This document shows positions 1 to 11,022 of a DNA stretch of 64,000 bases, in pieces (position 1 is the first letter of the stretch; each line of letters opens with the position of its first letter). Made by a program: the position numbers and the translations under genes. The DNA lies in NCBI GenBank assembly GCA_964426735.1, contig CAYRRP010000003.1, forward strand, positions 13,378 to 77,377. The letters run 5' to 3'. The notes beneath the pieces are model-generated. The model was not told where the DNA came from and made no database searches. It saw nothing but the letters and a program-made list of their open reading frames with translations. Origin of the DNA: an uncultured Candidatus Saccharibacteria bacterium. Lineage in GTDB: Bacteria > Patescibacteriota > Minisyncoccia > Phycocordibacterales > DATDWN01.

Positions 1-119
1 TCTCCCTCGAATTTTACTCGTCGTCACTCGTAAAATTCTGGGCACCGGAATCGCGACAAGCGCTGCTGCACTTGTAGACCGCGATTCCGTTCGAGCCCCA
101 ACGTAAAGCTCCGCTTTAC
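1..119 (-). ncRNA. tRNA-linked structured repeat element, copy A (truncated by window edge)
   Basis: Minus-strand reading gives hairpin GUAAAGC-GGA-GCUUUAC, then CGGAAUCGCG..CGCGAUUCCGGUGCCCAGA, hairpin with loop GAGUGACGACGA, then AUUCGAGGGAGA. Shares core and architecture with copies at 2154, 19599, 34741. Lies downstream of tRNA-Asp on same strand. Confidence 0.45.
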
Positions 120-120
120 T

Positions 121-175
121 TCACTCGCGCAAATAAAAAAGACACCTTACGGTGCTTTTTATTTGCGCGAGTGAT
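121..175. terminator. 19-bp perfect inverted repeat (TCACTCGCGCAAATAAAAA / TTTTTATTTGCGCGAGTGA) with inner GCACC..GGTGC hairpin and T-tract
   Basis: Direct inspection. Right arm is the 3' acceptor end of the minus-strand tRNA-Asp, so the tRNA 3' end is duplicated in inverted orientation. Inner hairpin plus U-run resembles an intrinsic terminator. Confidence 0.5.
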
Positions 176-239
176 GGGGCTCGAACCCACGGCCTCGTCC
201 GTGACAGGGACGCGCTCTAACCAGCTGAGCTACACCCGC
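166..239 (-). tRNA. tRNA-Asp (anticodon GTC)
   Basis: Reverse complement GCGGGTGTAGCTCAGCTGGTTAGAGCGCGTCCCTGTCACGGACGAGGCCGTGGGTTCGAGCCCCATCACTCGCG: 7-bp acceptor, D-arm GCTC/GAGC, anticodon loop CTGTCAC, T-loop TTCGAGC. CCA not encoded. Confidence 0.85.
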
Positions 240-341
240 AATATTTGCTTAACTAACCAAAACAGCTACCCTCTGCAATATTTGCTTAACTAACCAAAAC
301 AGCTACCCTCTGCAATATTTGCTTAACTAACCCTAAATACA
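238..341. repeat. 38-bp tandem direct repeat, ~2.7 copies (GCAATATTTGCTTAACTAACCAAAACAGCTACCCTCT)
   Basis: Two exact copies plus a partial third between two minus-strand tRNA genes. No intervening unique spacers. Confidence 0.8.
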
Positions 342-397
342 ACCAACTCAACCTATTATACATAAAATTGTATAATTTCAAAGAGGTTTCTATTTTG

Positions 398-468
398 TGT
401 CGATGAATGGAATCGAACCATTGTCTAAGGCTTATGAGTCCTTCGTTCTACCATTGAACTACACCGAC
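398..468 (-). tRNA. tRNA with CAT anticodon (Met elongator or Ile2/lysidine type)
   Basis: Reverse complement GTCGGTGTAGTTCAATGGTAGAACGAAGGACTCATAAGCCTTAGACAATGGTTCGATTCCATTCATCGACA: acceptor with G5-U68, D-arm GTTC/GAAC, anticodon loop CTCATAA, T-arm AATGG-TTCGATT-CCATT. G1-C72 pair and no GGG/CCC anticodon stem, so not initiator-like. Confidence 0.7.
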
Positions 469-525
469 AATATACACATATACATGTGCACACTACTATA
501 ACCTAAAAATTGGAAATACTCAAAC

Positions 526-1971
526 CTACTGCACCATATTCAACTTCTCTCGAGTCTTTGGTCCCACCTGTCCATACCCTGCTTGCCCACTTTTTGCAAG
601 ACCATATTTTACCTGAAATCGTCCGACTGCCTTCTGTGTTGCTGGACCAAAATACCCAGAGACCGTACCTTCGGGATACACCGCTTTATCTGTAGCCAAG
701 AATTTTTGCAACTCAGTAACATCCGCATTTCGAGTGCCCAGCTTGAGTAATTTTGTAAATAGAAATTTTTTTCTTGTAGCTGTATTTTGTATTGTGGTCA
801 CTGTTGTAGTAGCCGCACTTAACACAGATGTTGTCTGTTGTGGTATATACCCTTTTGGATACACGGTAACAAACACTTTTTGAGTATATATACCATCAAA
901 TCCTCCTCCTGGAAGTTGTGGGTACAATGTAAACGTTACGGTTTTTATGTCAGATGTAGTATTCATAAATGCTACCGTAGTACTACTATTTGGAAGATAC
1001 CCAACTTCTGAAATAATTTTATTACATGGAAACACTGAAGTACTTGTACTTGTTACAAAGGAAGCTGAAATACCTTCAACACAATCCATCTTCAACGTAA
1101 TAGCGTTTGTATACTTAGTCGACCAAAGGAGAGACACATTATCATCAGAAGCTACTTTTGGAGGAGTGGCTACGAAACTCAAAATCTGAGTTGGTGTAAT
1201 TTTTTCAGATCCCACATCAAAGATGATTGTCTCCGCATGAGTTTGATCATACGCACCATCGGTAATATACGGTAAAATAAGCATACTTGCAGAAGCAACA
1301 TCTACATTTTTATTCTTAAATACAAACACCATACTTCCTGACGGACTCTGTTTTGTTGAAAACATCGGAGTTCCACAAGGCAATGCTACAGAACCTCCTT
1401 CCAAAAACACACTTACACTGTCGACACAGCGAATACTAAAGTTTACACCATCGAGTTCTGTCGAAGTCCACTGTACAGTGGTTGTCGCACCCGAAGCTGT
1501 CGATGTTGCAGTGGTAAAAAATGAAGTGATAGGATAAGGCATCGTGAGCACTGATACACTACTACTCTGACCTACTGATGTATCTGTACCTGTTGAATCT
1601 TTTACGTAGAGTGTAAACGTGAGTAACTTTGTTGATCCGCTTGTATTCACAACAAAAAAACCAAGAGAATCTGATTCTTGTGTAGAAATAGTTGTTTTTG
1701 TATCACACGGAAACAAACTTCCATCTTGTTTTTTCACTTTTACACCAGGAACACATGAGACGATCAACGAAGCACCTGCGGCATCTGTCGCTGTCCACGC
1801 AACAGAGATAAGTTGCCCACTTGAGATAGTTGAGGGTGTTACTGTATACGATGTGATTTGTGGATTGGCAGCATGTGCGGTATGAGTAAAAAATAATGTA
1901 AAAAGAAAAAGAATTATTGTATATTTCATATATAAAATATAACACAAATACATAGTTGACACTGGGGACAA
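526..1971 (-). CDS. secreted Thr/Ser-rich surface protein with C-terminal peptidoglycan-binding-like domain
   Basis: N-terminal signal peptide (MKYTIILFLFTLFFTHTAHA). Long T/S-rich repeats. C-terminus LQKFLATDKAVYPEGTVSGYFGPATQKAVGRFQVKYGL resembles the PG_binding_1 fold. Confidence 0.5.
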   Translation of the reverse strand: MSPVSTMYLCYILYMKYTIILFLFTLFFTHTAHAANPQITSYTVTPSTISSGQLISVAWTATDAAGASLIVSCVPGVKVKKQDGSLFPCDTKTTISTQESDSLGFFVVNTSGSTKLLTFTLYVKDSTGTDTSVGQSSSVSVLTMPYPITSFFTTATSTASGATTTVQWTSTELDGVNFSIRCVDSVSVFLEGGSVALPCGTPMFSTKQSPSGSMVFVFKNKNVDVASASMLILPYITDGAYDQTHAETIIFDVGSEKITPTQILSFVATPPKVASDDNVSLLWSTKYTNAITLKMDCVEGISASFVTSTSTSVFPCNKIISEVGYLPNSSTTVAFMNTTSDIKTVTFTLYPQLPGGGFDGIYTQKVFVTVYPKGYIPQQTTSVLSAATTTVTTIQNTATRKKFLFTKLLKLGTRNADVTELQKFLATDKAVYPEGTVSGYFGPATQKAVGRFQVKYGLAKSGQAGYGQVGPKTREKLNMVQ

Positions 1972-2036
1972 TAGTGATCAATTTCATGATTAACACCTAG
2001 CATTTTTATGTTCTCTATGATATTCTTGTGCTACTA

Positions 2037-2105
2037 GCGGGGTGGAGTAATAGTAACTCACAAGGCTCATAACCTTGGGACCGGGGTGCAAATCCCTGCC
2101 CCGCA
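2037..2105 (+). tRNA. tRNA-Met-like (anticodon CAT), compact D-arm
   Basis: GCGGGGT acceptor pairing with GCCCCGC. D-stem GAGT/ACTC. Anticodon arm CAAGG-CTCATAA-CCTTG. T-loop TGCAAAT. Discriminator A. Short (about 69 nt), so the fold should be confirmed. Confidence 0.6.
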
Positions 2106-2110
2106 ACAAG

Positions 2111-2138
2111 AAAAAAATACAACAGAGTTGTATTTTGG
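2111..2138 (+). terminator. hairpin AAAAATACAAC-AGAG-GTTGTATTTT
   Basis: 10-bp stem with T-run, immediately after tRNA-Met. Confidence 0.4.
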
Positions 2139-2153
2139 GATTTGCAAGACGGA

Positions 2154-2254
2154 GCGGGGTACCCATCGAGCACGATGGGTCGCGAGTCGTGGTCAGAGAA
2201 TTTTTCGAGTGACGACGAGAAAAATATCTGTGACCAAATCCCTGCCCCGCAACA
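2154..2254 (+). ncRNA. tRNA-linked structured repeat element, copy B, embedded in a tRNA-like frame
   Basis: Starts GCGGGGTA (same as tRNA-Met 5' end). Then hairpin CCCAT-CGAGCACG-ATGGG, core CGCGAGTCGTGGTCAGA, hairpin with loop GAGTGACGACGAG. Ends GTGACCAAATCCCTGCCCCGCAACA, a direct repeat of the tRNA-Met 3' end at 2083-2108. Confidence 0.45.
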
Positions 2255-2258
2255 TGTA

Positions 2259-2291
2259 ACAAAAAACACCATACATTGTGGTGTTTTTTGT
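2259..2291. terminator. bidirectional intrinsic terminator AAAAAACACCA-TACATTG-TGGTGTTTTTTG
   Basis: Perfect stem flanked by A-run and T-run. Sits between plus-strand tRNA/element and the stop of the minus-strand gene ending at 2310. Confidence 0.6.
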
Positions 2292-2309
2292 TTGATATAA
2301 ACGCTCTAT

Positions 2310-3278
2310 CTATATAAACGAAAACTCTTTAAACACTTGTTCAAATAAACTAATAACTCTCCTTGCTTCTCGTTGAGTAAGTATAAAACTTGGATCATGA
2401 GCAATCTGATTTCTCACCTTATGCGCTTCCCATGCAAGATCAAGTGTATTGAAGTCACTTTTCTCTACCCCTTTCAATTTATCACCGATTGAATCCCCTT
2501 GTAGGTTCATAGTGTCGAGTAGTTCAGCGAGCATCATATCAGCTTCAATCACTGCAAGCCTCCATTCTGATTCATTATACGATTCAACATGCATTATAAC
2601 CTTATCCCAATTTTTATTTGTCGAAAGAGGAATTGAAATCGTCTCATCAGATACCTGATTGAGCTTCATCCTTATGTTATTTCTTACTCGAGTCAAGTCA
2701 TAGAGAATATATGCAATCATACCTGCAAATACTACAATAAGAAGCCATAGTATATATTTCATCCACCATGCAATCGTATGTAGGCCAAATAATATTCGTG
2801 TAACCAACGATGGTGTCCCTTCAACTAATGCAATATCTGATTCTTTCACCCATCCATCTGGGTCTTCCTCAAAATCAACATACCAGTATCGTTCACCATC
2901 AATAAATACCGGCCCTTGTTTGATTGTACCGCCAGATCGTTGATTCTGTGTACCTCGTTGTGTACCTCCTGGCTCAGTATACACAGCAACATCCGCCTCC
3001 ATCGCCACAACAGACGCACCAAGTGGACGAAGTGCTGATGCAACTGGACGAGTATACGAGTTGAGCAAATACCGCATCGTAAAACTTTTTCCGTTCAACC
3101 CTGAAACAAAATTGTTTGCTGATGTAAGTATTCCACCAAACAATGTCATAAATACAAATAACATGAAAAGCATCCCTGCGATTTCACGTAAAAAATTTGG
3201 TGCTTCCGCAGGTTTTTCTTCCGCCTTTGGTTTTGCATCCCCTTTTGGTTTATCGTCTTTTGGTTTTTCGTCAGCCAC
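2310..3278 (-). CDS. membrane protein with C-terminal HEPN-like domain (Rx4H motif)
   Basis: Lys/Glu-rich N-terminus, TM helix (~aa 35-60), ~110-aa loop, second hydrophobic block (ILFGLHTIAWWMKYILWLLIVVFAGMIAYILY). C-terminal ~120 aa contains AWEAHKVRNQIAHD, matching the HEPN Rx4-6H signature. No closer family recognised. Confidence 0.4.
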   Translation of the reverse strand: MADEKPKDDKPKGDAKPKAEEKPAEAPNFLREIAGMLFMLFVFMTLFGGILTSANNFVSGLNGKSFTMRYLLNSYTRPVASALRPLGASVVAMEADVAVYTEPGGTQRGTQNQRSGGTIKQGPVFIDGERYWYVDFEEDPDGWVKESDIALVEGTPSLVTRILFGLHTIAWWMKYILWLLIVVFAGMIAYILYDLTRVRNNIRMKLNQVSDETISIPLSTNKNWDKVIMHVESYNESEWRLAVIEADMMLAELLDTMNLQGDSIGDKLKGVEKSDFNTLDLAWEAHKVRNQIAHDPSFILTQREARRVISLFEQVFKEFSFI

Positions 3279-3343
3279 GTGAATAGATTAAAAGATTAAT
3301 GAACTATTTCATTATACAAGACTTTTAGATCCAAAAGAAACTT

Positions 3344-4762
3344 CTATTCTCCTAAGAAATCTTTACCTGCTTTAAAGAGATACTTCTCACCCATATGAGT
3401 TGCCATAAGTTGAATACCGAGAGGAAGCTCTGCATCACCGACTTTTGTTGTACCTGATGGAATAGAAAGTGCTGGAATACCTGCAATATTTGCAGTGACG
3501 GTAAAAATATCCGCAAGATACACGGAAAGCGGATCTTCTTTTTCTCCTATCTTCCATGCAGGCGCAGGAGTAGTCGGTGTAAGTACAATGTCAACAGACT
3601 GGAAAGCGGTTTTAAATTCCTCCTGGATAAGCGAACGTACAACTTCTGCTTTGCCATAAAATGAATCATAGTATCCTGCAGAAAGCACATATGTACCCAA
3701 GAGAATTCTTCGTCGTACTTCTTTTCCAAAACCAACACCTCGAGTCTTCATATAATCTTCGAGTAAATCTTTTCCATCTACATGAAGTCCGTATTTTACT
3801 CCGTCAAAACGAGCCAAGTTTGAAGATACTTCTGCAGGCATGAGAATATAGTAGACAGAAAGTGAAAGAGCAATATGCGGAAGAGAAATATCTTTTATTT
3901 CATAACCAAGTGATTTAAATTTCTCCACTGAAGTTTTGAAATTTTCTTTTACACTCTCATCGATTCCTTTTTCTTCCAACAGACTCCATGGCACACCGAT
4001 TGTAAGTGTTTTTTTATCTTCTACTTTCTCATAAGTAGATTCATCTACGGTAGTGCCATCATATGCATCTTTCCCTTTCATTGCATCAAAGAGTATCTCT
4101 GCATCACCTACTGTATATGTAATCGGACCAATCACATCAAGCGAAGAACCCATCGCCATAAGTCCGTGTCGAGAAATAGATCCATAGGTTGGTTTAAAGC
4201 CGACTACTCCACAAAATGCAGCAGGCTGTCGGACAGACCCACCCGTATCAGATCCGAGTGCTCCAAGTGCTAAGTGTCCAGCAACTGCAGCTACCGAACC
4301 ACCTGAAGATCCTCCAGCTACACGTGTCGTATCGACTGGATTTTTTGTTACACCAAAAGCCGAGTTTTCGGTCGAGCCTCCCATCGCAAACTCATCCATG
4401 TTTGCCCGCCCAAGAAACACAGCGCCTTGCGCTTTCAGTTTAGTGATCGCTGTTGCATCATATGGCGCAACATATCCTTCAAGAATCTTGGACGCAGCGG
4501 TAACCTTACGTCCTGTAATTAAAATATTATCTTTGATAGCAAGTGGAATACCGAGAAGTGGAGTTGACTCCCCTGCTTGTATTCTTTTGTCAGCAGCTTC
4601 TGCTTGAGCAAGTACATCATCATACACCTCAAGATATGCATTGAGTTCAGGGTTTTTCTTTTTGATCTCTTCTAGATATGCAGATGCAAGCTCAACCGCA
4701 GTTATTTCTTTACTGTCGAGCATTGTTCGAGCTTTTGTAATTGTGAGGTTTTTTAAATCCAT
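3344..4762 (-). CDS. gatA: Asp/Glu-tRNA amidotransferase subunit A
   Basis: Amidase signature GGSSGGSVAAVA and typical GatA N-terminus. Followed upstream by gatC. Confidence 0.9.
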   Translation of the reverse strand: MDLKNLTITKARTMLDSKEITAVELASAYLEEIKKKNPELNAYLEVYDDVLAQAEAADKRIQAGESTPLLGIPLAIKDNILITGRKVTAASKILEGYVAPYDATAITKLKAQGAVFLGRANMDEFAMGGSTENSAFGVTKNPVDTTRVAGGSSGGSVAAVAGHLALGALGSDTGGSVRQPAAFCGVVGFKPTYGSISRHGLMAMGSSLDVIGPITYTVGDAEILFDAMKGKDAYDGTTVDESTYEKVEDKKTLTIGVPWSLLEEKGIDESVKENFKTSVEKFKSLGYEIKDISLPHIALSLSVYYILMPAEVSSNLARFDGVKYGLHVDGKDLLEDYMKTRGVGFGKEVRRRILLGTYVLSAGYYDSFYGKAEVVRSLIQEEFKTAFQSVDIVLTPTTPAPAWKIGEKEDPLSVYLADIFTVTANIAGIPALSIPSGTTKVGDAELPLGIQLMATHMGEKYLFKAGKDFLGE

Positions 4763-4810
4763 AATGATATACGAATATGCGAATTAAATACTTACGAATG
4801 AATACGAATG
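4763..4810 (-). repeat. tandem ATTCGTA heptamer repeats (x4) between gatC and gatA
   Basis: Minus-sense reading: ATTCGTATTCATTCGTAAGTATTTAATTCGCATATTCGTATATCATT then ATG of gatA. Same heptamer recurs upstream of map and secY. Confidence 0.5.
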
Positions 4811-5092
4811 TTAGCCTAATATTTTTTTAACTTCCAAATAATTACCGTCTCGAGCAGGCGCATTGGTAAGGAGAGCTTCAGTGTACTCACCTTCTTTATT
4901 AAGTATTATGTCTTCTCGCATAACATTTCTCAAAGATGAGAGGGGTTTTACCGCCGTCTCAGATACTGAGGTAACCTGACTCACATAGCCCAAAATAGAC
5001 TCAATACTTTGAGCAAGCGCCTCTTTTTCTTCCTCAGATACTTTCATACGAGCAAGATCTGCAAGCTTTTCTATGTCTTTTTTCTCAATCAT
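4811..5092 (-). CDS. gatC: Asp/Glu-tRNA amidotransferase subunit C
   Basis: 93 aa with KVSEEEKEAL..SILGYV pattern typical of GatC. Directly upstream of gatA. Confidence 0.8.
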   Translation of the reverse strand: MIEKKDIEKLADLARMKVSEEEKEALAQSIESILGYVSQVTSVSETAVKPLSSLRNVMREDIILNKEGEYTEALLTNAPARDGNYLEVKKILG

Positions 5093-5130
5093 GTTCCTAT
5101 ACTACACTATTTTTTAGAATCCGTCAGGAA

Positions 5131-7616
<2,486 letters not shown>

Positions 7617-7617
7617 A

Positions 7618-8178
7618 TTATTGTGCCCAATTCCTTAATACAAGTGTCTGCGTATAATTTTTTGTTACATTTTGTGCTGTCCAGGATACCTGCACCACAA
7701 CAGACACTTCAGTGGCACTGATTGAAGTGATAGTTATTGATCGTTTATATTGAGTAGTTGATCCAGACACATATCCATATATACCTGAGGTGCTGTTGTA
7801 TAGCAAAGAAGGACATGATGCTGCTGTTGATGAACATGCAGTAATTGTGTTTGCAGCAACATCTACATAACATACTTTCCCGGTAGAACATGGATCACCT
7901 GCAACCTGAGCTACTCCCGTAAGCCATCCTACCGAACCTCCTGTTGCAAGTGCATTGATATGAGCAATTGCATTGGAATCTCTCCTGTGACGTATATATT
8001 CAAGTGCTTCATCAGCAAGATAATACGCAACTGTCTGATCTTCTGTAAAATTTGTTGCTCGCATCGCATTTGAAACCGCAGTAAATGTTGCCAAAATAGA
8101 AATCGACAAAATCGATACCGCTACAAGTACCTCTACCAATGTAAAACCATATATGTGTGTATGTCGTGTTGTATGCAT
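7618..8178 (-). CDS. prepilin-type minor pilin
   Basis: N-terminus GFTLVEVLVAVSILSI matches the prepilin cleavage/methylation motif (G/FTLxE). Confidence 0.7.
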   Translation of the reverse strand: MHTTRHTHIYGFTLVEVLVAVSILSISILATFTAVSNAMRATNFTEDQTVAYYLADEALEYIRHRRDSNAIAHINALATGGSVGWLTGVAQVAGDPCSTGKVCYVDVAANTITACSSTAASCPSLLYNSTSGIYGYVSGSTTQYKRSITITSISATEVSVVVQVSWTAQNVTKNYTQTLVLRNWAQ

Positions 8179-8179
8179 G

Positions 8180-8734
8180 TTATATATCGATCTTACGCTG
8201 AGACATCATCGTTTGCAGATTGAATATTGACTGGGTACTTGTCTGACTTCCTACAGTACCTGAGACAACCATCACTACTCGAGGTTGATATGCATCAGAT
8301 GGAGACGAGTTAAACACATAAAATGTTAATCGAGTAATTGTTGTTTCAGCGGAAGTAACCGGGCTCGATGCACCATTTACAGTCTTCATAATACGACCAC
8401 CGAGTAAACTGTACACAATAAGTGAACCTTCAGCAGAACGTATCGACAAAGAGTTTCCCCCACCACCACAATCAAGAGCTGGAGGCGGGTTTATAGTTGT
8501 AGATCCACAATAATAGTTGGTACCGAAACGCACCGTACGTGACATAGACTCCAGAGCGAAGCTTAAGTTATCCATCGCTGTTTTTTTAGTTTGAGATTTT
8601 GTATTGGTATCAAGTATACTCAATATCGAACCGAGACTTACCGTCATGATAATAATGAAGACAGACAAAGAAACCATAATTTCAATGAGCGTAAATCCAC
8701 GTTTTGTATTTTTTTTAAACAAGGTATGTGTCAT
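8180..8734 (-). CDS. prepilin-type minor pilin
   Basis: N-terminus KRGFTLIEIMVSLSVFIII prepilin motif. Confidence 0.7.
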   Translation of the reverse strand: MTHTLFKKNTKRGFTLIEIMVSLSVFIIIMTVSLGSILSILDTNTKSQTKKTAMDNLSFALESMSRTVRFGTNYYCGSTTINPPPALDCGGGGNSLSIRSAEGSLIVYSLLGGRIMKTVNGASSPVTSAETTITRLTFYVFNSSPSDAYQPRVVMVVSGTVGSQTSTQSIFNLQTMMSQRKIDI

Positions 8735-9354
8735 GGTATAACAGGTGTACTTTGAATCATAATTTGTCCAGACAAATAGTCTGTAAGTATATACATAAGT
8801 GTACCCCTCTGGTTTACAAGTTCAACATATGCAGTTTTCCATGGGCCACTTATTTCTGCTTTGTTTGTATCATGCACCTTAATCACTGGCTCTGGATTTG
8901 GACGTACATACGTCAACACTAAATATCGAGCTGATCCACTAAAACACGTAATTGTATCATTCATATATGCTGCACATATACGTCGCACACTTACCCCACC
9001 ACGTAATATAGATTTTTCTCGACATTCATCTGCACCAGTACATGCAGCAGCACCGTCATATTTTCTATCACCATTTGTGTCAGAGTAAATAAAAAAGTTT
9101 GTTGGAGTCTGCAGATCAAAGGCAATACCATATGGTTTATTAAAATCAGTACTTCCTGATTGAGTTTGTTTAATCGAAACTCCAAAACTTTGTGCTTGTC
9201 GCATTGCAAGAGACACTTCACCTGCTGCAGTTTGTAACGCGAGATCGTCATTAAATCGCCTGCTGTTAAAGGTAACCAAAAGTATGATAGCACTCATAAT
9301 ACTTGCTACCACAATAAGCTCGATTAATGTAAAACCTTTTGTATAGTTACGCAT
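8731..9354 (-). CDS. prepilin-type minor pilin (likely start at MRNYTKGFTLIEL)
   Basis: GFTLIELIVVASIMSAI prepilin motif. ORF-track start 9402 is probably an upstream extension. Confidence 0.7.
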   Translation of the reverse strand: MRNYTKGFTLIELIVVASIMSAIILLVTFNSRRFNDDLALQTAAGEVSLAMRQAQSFGVSIKQTQSGSTDFNKPYGIAFDLQTPTNFFIYSDTNGDRKYDGAAACTGADECREKSILRGGVSVRRICAAYMNDTITCFSGSARYLVLTYVRPNPEPVIKVHDTNKAEISGPWKTAYVELVNQRGTLMYILTDYLSGQIMIQSTPVIP

Positions 9355-10261
9355 TGAATAATTGTGCCAACCCCAACACATCAACCCGAGCAAACAAAAC
9401 AATCAATACTCCAATAATAAGAAAAGGTGCAAATGGTATTTCAGAATTTAGTTTAATTTTTTCTCGAGTGTACTGTGGAGCGAAGGTGCTTACTGCAACC
9501 ATTATAAGACCATAGAGTGCTCCTACCCAAAAACCAATCACAACTGCAGATAATCCAAACGGAAAACCAAGGAGCGCACCGATTCCGAAAGCAAGCTTTG
9601 CATCACCAAAACCCATCCACATGCCTTTTGAAACCCACCACAAAAATGCAAAAGGTGCTGCAACAAGTATCGGTGCACACAAGTTGAGCCAATCAGCAGT
9701 TGATGGAGGGATTGCAAACAAATATGTGAAAAACAACAACTTCGCTACTGCAAGGACGATGAAAGCATACACAAAACTATTTGGAATAATTTTATGTCGA
9801 ATATCGTATACAGATATGATTACTAATAATGAAACAACACAGAAATAATAAAATACGAGAAATACTGAGTACATCAACCCATCAGGAATACTTGCAAATA
9901 TATCGTAGAGACTAATCTGGCGATACACAACAGCTAAAAATAACAAAGCTGTAGTGAGTTCTACAAAAGGATACTGCCAAGATACTTTTGTTTTACAACT
10001 CCGACATCTACCCTTTTGAATAATAAAGCTCACAATAGGTATCAGTTCATACCATTGTAATTTTTTACCACACACAAAACACTGAGAACGTCCATGAGCA
10101 ACCGAGAGACCTGTATTATGTCGGTAAATAACAACATTTAAAAAACTACCAATAAGTGCTCCTGCGATTAATGCCCCAATAAAGAAAATTAACATCATGT
10201 ATACAGTATAATACAAAGTACACCTGTTTAAAGCTCTGTACTGTGCACAACAAAAAACCAC
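9347..10261 (-). CDS. pilD: prepilin peptidase (A24 family)
   Basis: CxxC...CRSCKTKVSWQYPFVEL zinc-finger loop between TM helices and multi-TM architecture typical of PilD/TadV. Real start is probably near MMLIFFIGALIAG. Confidence 0.8.
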   Translation of the reverse strand: MVFCCAQYRALNRCTLYYTVYMMLIFFIGALIAGALIGSFLNVVIYRHNTGLSVAHGRSQCFVCGKKLQWYELIPIVSFIIQKGRCRSCKTKVSWQYPFVELTTALLFLAVVYRQISLYDIFASIPDGLMYSVFLVFYYFCVVSLLVIISVYDIRHKIIPNSFVYAFIVLAVAKLLFFTYLFAIPPSTADWLNLCAPILVAAPFAFLWWVSKGMWMGFGDAKLAFGIGALLGFPFGLSAVVIGFWVGALYGLIMVAVSTFAPQYTREKIKLNSEIPFAPFLIIGVLIVLFARVDVLGLAQLFNA

Positions 10262-10297
10262 CTGAGAGGGTGGTTTTTTGTAACATGTATCAGTATA

Positions 10298-10732
10298 TTA
10301 CGATGCTGGACATACAGTGTTAGTTGACAATGCAGTGACTCTTGAAGTTGAGACTCCTGTACTATCAACACACCAGTACCCACCTGCTTTTAGAGGTACT
10401 GAGGCTGCCCATGCGGCACCCGCAGCTGCAACATTACAAACATCAGCAGTTGCTGTACCGTTGTATGCACTACTTGCTGCATTCAATGCGTTTGCAACAG
10501 TAGTATCTGCACATACACCACTACCTGCACCGGCAGTACCATAACTACCGTTTGTATCATAATACAACTCTGCTTGTGCTCTGATGTTGTTCAAGTTACT
10601 CTTGATTGCAGCATCAGCACCCTTTCCTCGTGCTGTGTTGAGAGAAGCAAGCACTACTGAAGAAAGAATACCGATAATCGCAATCACCACCAACAATTCA
10701 ATCAATGTAAAACCTTTGTTCAATTTAACCAT
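10298..10732 (-). CDS. pilA: type IV major pilin
   Basis: MVKLNKGFTLIELLVVIAIIGILSSVVLASLNTAR, a classic type IVa pilin N-terminus. 144 aa. Confidence 0.8.
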   Translation of the reverse strand: MVKLNKGFTLIELLVVIAIIGILSSVVLASLNTARGKGADAAIKSNLNNIRAQAELYYDTNGSYGTAGAGSGVCADTTVANALNAASSAYNGTATADVCNVAAAGAAWAASVPLKAGGYWCVDSTGVSTSRVTALSTNTVCPAS

Positions 10733-11022
10733 ATATGGTATTTATTCAAATAAAAACTTCTAATAAATAATTAATTATTTTGTATCGAGTACTCTCTTTA
10801 CTAGATACATGTTCGTGTAAAACGAATACCTATATTATACGTGACTCTCGGAGGAGATAAAACTCCCCTGTGGATAACCTACTTCTGTATGTTAGTCAAA
10901 AAATTAATCAGACGGATGCAGTTCGAGGCGCGAGTAAGGTTTTTGACCAAAATGTACTCGTGGTACATTGCGGGAAAAAACCGAGCGAAGCAACAAAGAA
11001 ATGCGCCGTATGTTTAATTTTT

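Noticed and set aside
238-341. 38-bp direct repeats as a possible CRISPR array
   Set aside because: Repeats are directly abutting with no unique spacers, and there are no cas genes. This is a tandem repeat, not CRISPR.
2154-2254. Copy B as a tRNA with a group I intron
   Set aside because: The insert is about 60-70 nt, far below the group I intron minimum. The remaining tRNA parts lack D and anticodon arms.
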